A DNA stretch of 64,000 bases from Hormiphora californensis (Eukaryota; Animalia; Ctenophora): assembly GCA_020137815.1 (NCBI GenBank), contig CM035351.1, positions 6,634,001 through 6,698,000 on the forward strand. The letters run 5' to 3'. Of this stretch, positions 30,567 through 42,140 are shown piece after piece. Each line of letters opens with the position of its first letter. Positions within the stretch are counted from its first letter, which is position 1. Position numbers and translations under genes: made by a program. The notes under the pieces are model-generated. The model ran no database searches. It was not told the origin of the DNA and worked only from the letters and a program-made list of their open reading frames with translations.

Positions 30567-32345
30567 AAAACTATGTTTATGTAACTACGGACATGTCCTT
30601 GCCGAACATCAATGACATCATTGGTGCACGAGAAAAGTTTATTGGAGCAACCCTTCTCGGAGCCAATACACGCCATGGACACAATGGTATTTGTTCGGAA
30701 ACAATGGATATGCGCGGGGAATAACAAAACCTAGCTGATGTATAACTTCACATCACCAGGGACTGTTGCGGTTTTGTTGACGAAGGAGTTGCACTTTCCG
30801 GTATCATCCCGTCCTACATATTTTACCCGACACACGAGTCTCACTGTATCGAATATTCCTAGGCCTAAATCATATTTCTTATTCTATTTTTCTAACACAG
30901 ATTTCTGACGATATGATATCGTACAAGATCTGCATTTTTTATTGTTTGTTTTCCCAATACGTTGAGCACATGTTTTATATCGATCAGTCGTTGTTTTTCT
31001 TAACCCATCCCCCCTCTCGTTCTCTCACTCAGCACTCTCCTTCCCATTCTCTTTCTCTTGATATGACTCAATTATGGGGGATAAACCCGGGGTTGTTGAA
31101 CAAGGTAGAAGCTAAGGCCCGTGGAATAACAAGCCCGCCTAATAGACGCGATATCTCTCTCAGATGACGGCGTCGCTTTTTGTCATTCGTGCACTTTGTG
31201 TGTTTTCCCGAACTCCCTCAGACGCTCTTTCCCGCACCGGCGCATTGTATGAATAAATCAAGAACTCACCTCTTCTCCGCTATAAATTAACGTGAAAAAC
31301 GCGGCAGAGACAGCACAAAAGTGATCACATAATATCCCATTGATATGGATCTATTATATGTGGTGGCCAGTATAGCTCTGATCAACTTTCATTAAAGTGA
31401 CTCTAGTCGACTCTCGCCTCACTTCTAGCTGTATATGTCCTGTAGAAGCACAATCAACAAGCAGTTTCACAACCGCTTTTCCAGTCTACCCGGCGCTTTA
31501 TAACACACACACGTGTCTGTATTGTGAGAACTATCTTGGAAAATTTCAATAACTTCAGTTCCAACAACATGTAGTTTAGTAACTTTATCCAGCTCCATCA
31601 TCATCCACCCTTGTCGGCACTTTGAATAGTTGGATATTAATGCAGCTTTTGTAGCCTATAGTTACTAGGGGGTTATGACAAGCAGCGTAATCCGGCACTG
31701 TGGTCTCCTAACACACGGGCAGCATGCAGCAGACTCGTGGAGGGGTGAGTGTGTGGTCTGGAATAGTATGTGAACTCAGCACCAGTTTGAATGGTCTTTT
31801 AACGATCTTTTAATGGTCTGTCACAACTATATATTGAATAAGTCCGAGATTCATTTTTAGGTTGGTATTAAATCTGCCTACTGCTGCTGCATGAGGCGTG
31901 ACATTCAAATAGAGTTCAACTTCATTCATTCCCAATCCCAGCTGCGGTTTCTTAATTTGCCTATCTTCCCATTGTTTCTTTTGTCATTGCTTCTTTGTAT
32001 TCTCTCGTCACAAGCTGTGGCTAAGCACTGTTACTGTTTAACAAGCTCTGTCGTGAGAAGGGAGATATAAAAACGAGATCATTCAATTCCATATTATCAT
32101 AGGTGCCTACTTGTTATATTAGCATCATTGCATAGTGTGCTGCAGTACACAGGATTTATTCAAGGATTTTTATAGAATATATGTTCTCACTATAAAATCA
32201 AATCTTTGAATAAACCCCCAGTCAGAGAATAAGGATCGGTTGATTGTTTATTAGCCGCATATCAGTGAGAAAGTTTTGTTTTCTCCTGGACAAAATGAGT
32301 AGACGGGGTTTTTATTTTAGATTTTATTGTAATCCCCAGTCAGTA

Positions 32346-35300
32346 ATGAAATTGACGTGTTTGGTATTCCTCCTTTTTGCTGCAGCACCTGCCGAGACTC
32401 GGGTGTTGTCTGTTCCAGTGAAAGATGCTTTCCAGAATACTCTCAAACGGTGGTCTATTGAAACAACCGGTTCAATAGATCTCAAGTAAGAACACTACAA
32501 ACAGACTCAAACTACTGAGACTAAAAACACTAACAGCTTGCTCTAAGCTGGATCCCTTTTTTAGGGAGCGGTGGTTACGGTTCCAGAAGTCGGTTGAAAG
32601 TGTGGAACAAACCTCAATGGGAAGCTTGGACAGCCTGAATCGATTCACAGTTATGGTAAGAACTAGTGAGTAGTGGCCAACAACAATTGTGTAACTGTAC
32701 CAAGTTAGTATAAATTATGGTCTTCGAATTTTCTATGGGTGGACCAACGAAGAAAATCGAAGATAACATAAGTTTGGTTTTCAATTGCTCATGAAATCGA
32801 AGCACATAACATAACCCTTCTCTTTCAGAACAATATGGAGTATGAATCCCTTGAAAGAAGACTTCTCGGTAACAATGCGACTGCTGAAACACCTGATTTC
32901 TTCAAAGATGCACGTCAAATGAAGCTACCCGGGCGATCACGACGTACAACCTACGATAACAACACATTCTGGACAGAAACAGTTGGTTTCAATGCAGCTA
33001 AAGATCAGCTCAGTTGCGGTTCCTGCTGGAGTTTTCCCACGGTGGGTACTATGGCTACTGCACTGCTAGATATTGTATTGGTTACTAAGTTAGAGGGTGT
33101 AGGTGTGGTGTCTGTATAGTAAGATAGGGGGACAAATTGGGAACAATGATCTAAACAATGATCATTAATGACCAAGTTCGACTCTAGAGATGATCGCTTC
33201 GAGACTAACCAGGTTTATGTATTAGGGAGCAATGAAAAAGTTTCTAGGAATTCCTAGGAATTTCTAAGTAGGAAGATGTGTAGGAAGATGTGTACATGAA
33301 TTGTACTGCAGTATATCAGGCACTATACCAGGGTTCATGCAGGCACCAGTTTTTCTCGCTTATCTCACGTGCACATAAAATGTTGGTCAGCTTTGTTAAC
33401 CACAGCGGTGGTTTTATTATACCACACAGTTCGACGTAACGTGAGAAACGGTTCACCTCATCTAGTTTTAACTTTCCATTGATAGACTCAATGGAAAGAG
33501 AAAGCGACGTTAATATATCAGCGGTTAGGTTGCGGTTAATGCATGCACTGCAGAGAGACAGCGTTAGACACACTGGAGAGACATTTAGACGCGAAGTAAC
33601 TAGTAACAAGGGCGGCAAAACCTTTTATCCGCTCAGAACAATCGAATATAATGGTCGTGGGAAGGATCTTTTAATAATCCCGAACCTCGTTTATTTACAG
33701 ACTGCCCTGTTTGAAGTAAAAACGAAGAATATATCTGGAGAGGTGATATCTTTTTCGGAACAGCTGTTTGTCGACTGTACCTTTACTTTTGACGGTTGTG
33801 GAGGCGGACTTGCTAGAGATGGGATAAAGATAACAGGGGACCGACAGTATTTAGTTACGACAGAAGACTACCCTTACACCGCGTATTGTAAGTACAGTCC
33901 CTGCAGCATGGTGACATGATGTTTTTAGCACGCACGGTGGGCGGACTCTTCTTCTATAGTACTAACGAAATCTGTTAGGTATAGAGTCCACTGAAGAATG
34001 TAGCACTATAAGAGTCCGCGCACCGTTCGAGACCGAAGTCACGCACTATGCAGTTTCTGTATTGATTCGAATTAAATTGGAATTATGTATCTACATTGCA
34101 GACAAAAATAAAATTTCTTGGGCTTCATAATTATGAAACATCATGGTTCAGTTTTACACACGGTACACGCTTCAAATATTGCACGATAAATATCACGTGT
34201 ATTTTGTGTATAAACATTAAACAGTGCTCGCTATAGCGTCGGTATAAGAGATGCAGTGGTAGAGGGTTTAAAACCAGTAGAGAAAGATAGAGATATTGAT
34301 ATCGCGTGCAGAAAGAGAGGGCAATGTGTGAAGAACAGACATATACTAACTCAGCTGTATATATGCATCTAACTTCTGTAGAAACATAAACCCTAGGTAC
34401 AACAGATGACTCCTTCTCTTTACAGATGTGACATGCCCCATTGCCTCTGATATCGCGGATGGAACAAACAACGCCATGACTAAAATTTGGATGAGCAGCT
34501 ATAATGCCTTGCCTATGACCTCAGAAGATTATATGTTGCCCGCACTGGAAGTATCCCCTGTTACATTTGTAATAGCCATCAGTACCAACTGGATGGCTTA
34601 CTCAGGAGGTTAGGGTGAAGGGTGATTGTATAGTAATCGAGGGTTAATACCAATTGCTAATTGTGAGTTCAGAGTTCAGCGAGGAAGGGTATTGGGCAGG
34701 ACAGGGAGTTTTACAAACTAGAATTAAACAATAGCATCTCACACATGTCCCCCTCATGCTTCAGGTATATATGAAGACACTACATGCTCCACGGACCCCA
34801 ACTCTCATGTCATACTCTTTGTAGCATACGACGCTGACTCTTACACCATGCGAAACAGGTACCAATTAGCAGGTTAAGTTTGATTGACTAATCAACTAAT
34901 TGACTGATGGCCCATTATTTTAGTTATGGAGCAGACTGGGGAGAGGACGGCTACGTTCGGTACAAGAGGGGTTCGAGCCACTTCTTCGCTTGTACTGTAG
35001 GAAACGGGTATACCATCCACGCCGTGGAGAGACGAGGTTTGTGCAGATCTTCTTGGACATAGAAGAAACCAAGACAGGGAGCCTGCAGTGAGGGTTCGGT
35101 AGATCAATTGGAGCTGCAGTAACTCATATAGGGCTCATAATTCATATATTAATCAACTTTCAGTTCTGACACACAATAACCTTCCTATACAGAGCTCGAG
35201 TACGCCTACTGTAACGACAAAACAGTGTCTACATTCTCTGAGTGTCAAGCGAGTTGTGAGGCTATGAACACGGGTGATGTTGCTGGTTGGACTCTGGCGG

Positions 35301-37670
35301 TTATACCCTCCCTGAAGCACAACATGATTGTAGCGAATAAAGTGAACGGAGATTACCCTGGGGTAAAGGGAAATGACAAGTTCAACTACGTTTGGATGGG
35401 ACTCTCGTAAGTGCAATAATGTGCATTTAGTGCATGCAATAGCTTCCAGCTCCGATCTGATCATCTCCATAATTTATCACGTTTCCGATCCCCAGCTCCA
35501 TGTTATAATTTATCCCCTTTCTAAACCGAACTGTAAACCTATACACCTATATCCAACACTACAGGGACGAGTCTAAGACGTTCGACTTTGTCTGGGCAGA
35601 TGGAGTTACTCCCTATCAGTACACGAACCAATCTGATTACTCCTCTACTGGAAAATGGGGCATGATCAACAAAAATACTGGCGAATGGATTATGAAGAAC
35701 AGTGATACTTACACAGCTAGAGGAATGTGTAGTAGACCGAGTAAGTTGTAGATCTTATCAGTTGTTTTTATCTCTAGACTAATGAATTTGGATTCCAATT
35801 GTCTTAAGTAACTAATATCTTACCCCAATAGTAGCCGGTCACCACCCCCAAAGCCTTGTCAAGTAGCTGTATCATCCCATTATTCCCAATATTAGCTCAC
35901 CACCACACCCCGTCTCAGTTACGTGTTTTGATATAAGTAGCAGTGTGGAGTATGGCGATGTTAGCTACAGCAACTCATCCCGGTATCTCGGCACCACGGC
36001 CACGGTTTCCTGTGATACTGGCTCCACCATGACTGTAGGAACAGGGGCTGCCGCGACCTTAACTTGTGTTGCTGGTTTCTGGGATGCAGATCTGCCTTCT
36101 TGCAGCCAGGGTTAGTTTCCAATGGAAACTTTCCATGGATACAATTCATTTCCAAAGATAGTTTTCAAAGATATTTGCTGAATAATTATCTCCCTCATCA
36201 CCCCTTGCCTCCTTTTAATTATTACCCCTTGCTCCTAGGCACTGTCAACTGTACCGCAATGACCGTTGGTAATGGTACAGTGAGCCCCTCTGGCTCAGTA
36301 TCGGATGGGACTGTAGTTGATATCACCTGCAACTCTGGATACTACATGTCCAGTGGCAGCCCTGAGAGGACCTGTTCCAGTGGCTCCTACAGCGGGACAC
36401 TGCCAACGTGTGACGAGGTGGTGGAGCAGTGTTCAACTCTCAGTGTGACTGACGGGGTGGTGTCCGGGGCAAGTCAACCCACCTCTACTGGAGATGTGAT
36501 AACGGTGACGTGTAATGATGGGTACACACTAACTGGAGATGATATTCTCCTCTGCAATGGTATGGACCACCTGTCAGGCCAATGCTCTGACCACAGTTCT
36601 CGCGCGCTCCGCTATTTGAGAGAAACGAGAATGGGTCAGGCCAATGCTCTGACAGTGGACCACAGAATATTTCAGAAAAATCGTCCAATTAACATATGAA
36701 CTGTGACCAGACACACAGTTAGTAATATATTGACTCAAATTACAAGTAATATTCTACTGAAAGATGTATCCCAGGGACCCATTTCAATGGTACCGTCCCC
36801 ACCTGTGGGGAGTGCAACGAGCTGACAGTAGAAAACGGAATATTAACAGAGGCCAGCGAGACTGAGGTACTCACAGATTTGGAAATTCAGATTCTAGATA
36901 ACTTTATCTAGGGCTTACTGTTTTTTCTACAATTTCTACATTTTTCTACATTGTTGTGATTTTCTACCCAAAGGAACTTTCAATTACAAAACTCTGCAGG
37001 TAATGGTGGCGTGTATTTCCAATGCATACGAGCTAATTGGCACCAACTCCCTGACGTGTGAGCGGTGTTTGGATGACTTTACTCATGACACACTCCTGTG
37101 CAAGAGCCCTTCATTCGACCCTCTCACGGTGCCCAAATGTAGACTTATACCAGGTAACATATGCCAAGCTATAGAGATGCGTGTTCCATGTTGAATAGGC
37201 TGCCCTCATAGCTGTTAATTATCAAGTCAAGTTTTTGAACGATCAGTATGTCCCTAGTCTCCTGGTAGGTCTAGCTAGTAACACCCTAGTGACACCCTAG
37301 TAACACCCTAGTAACACCCTGTATCAACAGGAACTTGTCCGGGAGGAACGTACAACACAGAGGATGGGTGTGCTACATGTCCAGAGAACCACTGGTTACC
37401 AGCTGGAGCTAACAGCCCCATTGGAGGTACGTAGTTACCATGACAACAACTGCATTTCAATACGGTTACCATGGTTACACACCCGTATAACACCCGGTAA
37501 CTACTGTAACAGCCCCCTCCCTCTCTTTACTAGGTTGTAACAAATGTCCTGGTACCAGGACATCTTCAGCGGGTTCCAGCAGCGTGTCTGATTGCCGATA
37601 CACACTGTGCACGTGCAAGGTCGTTAGTGCAGGGGGAACCAAATACAAGAGCAGTTGCAACTGCCTCTGA
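32346..37670 (+). CDS. Secreted mosaic protein: papain-family (C1A) cysteine protease, C-type lectin, about 4 CCP/sushi domains, Cys-rich ephrin-receptor-like repeat
   Basis: Signal peptide MKLTCLVFLLFAAAPA. KDQLSCGSCWSF (Cys at 33024), FSEQLFVDC..GCGGG, SHVILFVAY, RNSYGADWGEDGY. Lectin FSECQASC..WTLAVI..VWMGLS..FVWADG. CCP exons 35920-36560 and 36775-37152. CPGGTYN..CATCP and CNKCPGTRTS..SDC. Stop TGA 37668-37670. Confidence 0.82.
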
Positions 37671-37708
37671 GAGGGATTAAATGATACCATTTTGAGAGTG
37701 TATCTCGT

Positions 37709-38083
37709 TGGTGTAAGGGGGTCAGTGATATATTCTGGGGCGTTACCGATGATTACCGATCCGAGAGACTAAGTAAACGCAGTGGTTTCGTGGTTTGAAG
37801 TAAAGAATGAAAAGTACCCAGAGTTTACAGAAAGGTTTCTCGTTGTTTCAGAAGTCACCAAATATACTCGTCTTCCCGAAAGGTCACAGATTCAGATTTT
37901 CACTTCAATCTCACCTCTCTCAGAGCGCGCGCACCACCATGCCAATGCATGATGGCGCGCGGCCTAAAAATGCTGTGCTTTCAACATATTCTAGCGCCCA
38001 AAAAGTCTGTTGCTAAGGTAACTACACACTTTTACACACGGGTACATATCTACGCCACTGAGGCTAAGAGCATAACTACACCA
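37709..38083 (-). repeat. 3' LTR relative to gag-pol (375 bp)
   Basis: Direct repeat of 50947-51322. Confidence 0.95.
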
Positions 38084-39349
38084 TCTACCCAAGTACAATT
38101 TCGGCTCCCCGACCACTTCCAATGGAATGGTCGGGGGGCCGCAACTGCCTCAGGAAGGTGGAACATAACTACGCCATCAAGGCACGAAACACACTCGGGG
38201 AAAGAAAACACAGGTATCAGATAAAATACAGGGTGCTAATACTAATTCAGAGGTATTAGGTAAACGACGGGACTGCAATAAGTTACTATTAAATTCAAAC
38301 TGTTCCTCGTGATACAACTAAAAGACATAGAAACTGGGTAAAAAAGATACTCGTCACACTCACACATACACACACGTCACACGCACATACACACACACAC
38401 ACATATACACACACACACTCTCTCTCCCACACTCTCCCACACGCACAGGGTCGGAAAACACGAGTGTTAGGTAAAATACAGAGGTAAGTCGAGGGTAGAA
38501 AACGTGACTGAAATAAACTACTAAATCCAACTGTTTCTCGTTATAAAATTAAAAGAGATAAAAGTGTGTAAAAATAGGCACTCGTCACACTCACTAACCT
38601 CTGGGTATAAAAGATTAAAAATCGGTTCATATCAAAACCTAGGATTATTAAAAACTTCACGTCTCGTGAATACACACATGCAATAAGGTTAAAAGTCAGT
38701 GCTACACTGTATACAATATTAACATTCGTTACTTTTTCTATTTTTCTCTTTTACTAACCGTGTGATTTCGCTTCTCAATCAAAATAGTGTCTTTCTCTCA
38801 CACATCAAAATAGTGTCTTTCTCTCACCCACCAAAATAGTGTCTTTCTCTCACCCGCCACATCACCAGGGGTTATTATAGTTAAGGTTCAGTAAAAATAT
38901 CCTCTGAAGTTCCAAGGGGAGTTATACTGTTACACCGATTTGGCCGATTCCTTCCACTCCGGAACACTGGAACATCTTCTTCAATGGGCGGCGGGTAGGC
39001 TGGTATAGAACACAGGGAGTAATCTAACTGGATCAGACACCGGTATGTCCCACTTTTTTCAAGCTAGTGTCTCAGGGGCAATCATACTCCAGTAATAGCT
39101 GTTCTCGGACGAAATCATTGACTCAGCAATAGATCACTGTTCCTCTTCACTTCCTTACTATCAGGTTTCTCAAGGGACAAACATAGTTTCCGCCTCTTAC
39201 TCGCCTCCTCGTATGAACTGTTCGCCGGTATTGCAGAATGGTATCATGGCACATTGATAGCACTCTCAATCTCGTCATCAGGTATTGCACAGTGGTGTTG
39301 TATCCGGATCAAAAGGGAGATATCAACAGATAAAGTCCACTAGTGTGGT

Positions 39350-39850
39350 TGTCGAGAATACTCAACGTAAATTGGGGAAGTAAAGGGTAGATCTAACGAT
39401 CTTAACTTCCGGAACATGTGAAGTGTTTGGGTGATGTGAACTGTCGAGAGTGCTCAACATAAAATGGAGGTGTACAGGGTAGATCTGACGATCTTAACTT
39501 CCGGAACATGTGAAGTTTTTGGGTGATTGAATTGTCGAGAGTGCTCAACATTGGGTGGGAGAAATAAATATTTAAGTTCCGAAGAACTTTAACTTGGAGT
39601 GTCGAGAATACTCAACATTGGGTGGGAGAAATAAATATTTAAGTTCCGAAGAACTTTAACTTGGAGTGTCGAGAATACTCAACATAGCTGTTTTGAAAAG
39701 AAGTCCGTGGTCGTGAGTTGTCGAGAATGCTCAACATTGTATCGGTGAAATAAATGTTTAAGCCCCGAAGGACCTTAGCTGTTTGTCGAGAATTCTCAAC
39801 TTAAAATAGAAATATAAAGGATAGATCTAATGATCTTAACGTCAGGAACA
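39350..39850 (-). repeat. Array of seven 18-nt hairpin repeats with 34-74 nt structured spacers in the retroelement 3' UTR
   Basis: TGTCGAG-N4-CTCAAC(A) at 39350, 39442, 39533, 39600, 39667, 39719 and 39784. Confidence 0.85.
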
Positions 39851-40110
39851 AATCCGCAGGTGATCCTCAATGGGGAGTTGAATTAATCGGCAGTAGTTAG
39901 AGGTAGGAACAGGAATGGAGATGAAAACAGGCTATGGTAGCAAGTTATTCGCCGCTGGTTGACAGGCAGTACCAGGAGATTCAGAACGGTGTTACAGCTG
40001 TCAAGTTTTAGTTGGCTAATCAAGACAAATCCAGCTGGCCAGCAAATGTTATGAAGTAACATCAGATAGGGCTTGATCAAAGTCAACAAGGTCCAGCGGT
40101 TATAACAGAG

Positions 40111-41722
40111 CTACATAAAGCGTTTCACACCCGTTATGGTTGAGCGTAAACGTCCTCTCCATTCAGGCTCAAGTCTTTCCTCTCGGTCCACGGGGTCATC
40201 TTGCTGCTGAACTGGTATCTGTGACTCCTGTTCTTCGTTCTCAGAAGCCTGGTGTTCATCCTCTTGCTCGGACTCTCTCAGTTCAGGCTCGTCCATGTCG
40301 CTGAGTTGAACTAAACTTTGGTCTAGAGGTGAGTTATCGTGATTGCTCGGTTCTGGGTCTTGTTCTGGAGCGAGGGAAGTATTGTTGCGTCTGAACAGCT
40401 TCAGTTTGGAAACAGCAACGACCTTGTCTTTTCCATCGTGATGAATTCGGTACAGATAGGGACTGATAACCTCCTTGATTCGTAATGGACCGATGTATTT
40501 AGGAGAAAACTTGTGTTCTGGACACGGGATACGAATCATGACTTCGTCCCCTACCGATAACTCAGGGTCATTGAGCCTCTTGTCATGTTGTGTCTTGGCG
40601 TACCCGAAATCTCTGTTGGCGTTCTGACGGACTTTCCAGATCAATTTGTTCCTCTGTTGGGCCATCTCGTGCACCTTGGCGTGGATGTTTGCCCCTTGTG
40701 GGACTCGGGTTTTGGCAAGTTGTTTCATCCGGATGGTTTCTGGGATGTTGGCTTCAAACCCATGGACAAGTCGGAACGGTGTATATCCTGTTCTCCTGTT
40801 CTTTAAATTGTTGAGGACGAATACTGCATCGCTCAGAAACTCATCCCAGTCTTGCGGATACTCCATGAACAATATCTTACGTAGGATATCGTCAACTCGT
40901 TTATTACTGGATTCGGCTCGGCCGGTGCTGCGGGCTAGATAGGGTTGACCTGCGATAACCTTGGTTCCAGCATAAACTTCGAAGTACTCTTTGAACATTG
41001 CACCTTTGAAGCCTTGGTGTTGATCGCACACTATCTCACGTGGATATCCGAACCGATTTATCCAGTGTTTCTCAACCAGTTTTCGGTTCTCCAGACTTGT
41101 TTGTGTTACAGTAGGGACAGCGACGAGGTAATTACTGAAACTGTCTGTCATGGTTAGAATTGATGAGAATCCGTTTTTGGTTGCTCCTTTCTTCTCAGGT
41201 TCAATGTGATCAATCACCAACACAGCATTGAACTCGTGGCAAATAAATTTGCTCAACTCAGCCTGGTACTTCTTTCGTGGTTGATTTACCGCTGCACAAA
41301 CCAGACAAGCTTGCACCGAGGATTTGACGTCGGATTCCATTCTTGGCCAATAGAATAGCTGTCGCAAGCTGTTGAGGGTTGTCTGAATTCCTCCGTGGCC
41401 TGTTGTAACCTCGTGAGCTCTCGTTATTAGTTTGTCCCTGTATTGCCATGGTATTACAATTGGCCACACAACGTCCTCTGTTCTCAAGTCTTTCCATCTT
41501 CTTTGAAGGACGCCATCCTCTATTCTCAGCAATGAAAACTGTCTCCACAACGAATCCAGATCGGGTGGAGCTCTGTTGGCTTGTAAAACGCCTTTCGAAC
41601 CTTCTTTGACCCATGTTCTCACTATCTTCAGAATATCATCTGACTCTTGTGCCGCTTCCCACTCTGACCAGCTCTTTCCCGCGGGGTGATCAATCCCGAG
41701 GTTATGTATAGCTGCAACTTTC
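40111..41722 (-). CDS. Gypsy integrase (HHCC, DDE, GPY/F), separated from upstream pol by +1 frameshifts
   Basis: AQESDDILKIV, AHEVTTGHGG..CLVC, VIDHI, CDQHQGF, RAESSNK, PKYIGPLRI. No chromodomain. Confidence 0.92.
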
Positions 41723-42140
41723 CAGAATTTCTTCGGGAATCAACTCCTCCTCACAAATGCAAGGGTGGTTGTGGTCTTCAGTTGAGTCTGATGCTCCTCT
41801 GTTCAGACAGTCTGACTTCAGCAGACTAACAATATCTTCATCTGGATGCGCATCCTCAATTTTGTCTGAACTTTCCTCTATCTCTTCGCTGGAACGCAAT
41901 GAGATCTCTTCTCCATTCTCGATAGTAGCGAACTCTGTTACAAAGCTTGTCTCCGGATACTGAGTACTCTTTACTGCAAAGATGTACTCTACGGCTGTTG
42001 ACTCTTCACTTGACGAATGTGCTACATCTGACGTGCTGACAAGGGACATGCTGCTGTCTTTATCGTCCAGACCGCTAGAGCTGCGTTCTTCCTGGACAGA
42101 CGAAGATGTTTCCTGGTCCGTGTCACTGGAGTTTGTAGGG

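Noticed and set aside
38084-38160. Hammerhead ribozyme near the 3' LTR
   Set aside because: A stem followed by GAAA is present on the minus strand, but the CUGANGA core is not adjacent to it.
38900-39310. Possible env-like or extra ORF in the Gypsy 3' region
   Set aside because: The best minus-strand frame has several stops and no signal peptide or TM segment.
39350-39850. Bona fide CRISPR array
   Set aside because: Eukaryotic retroelement context, 18-nt repeats, spacers duplicated and unequal in length, no cas genes. Kept as a hairpin array finding.
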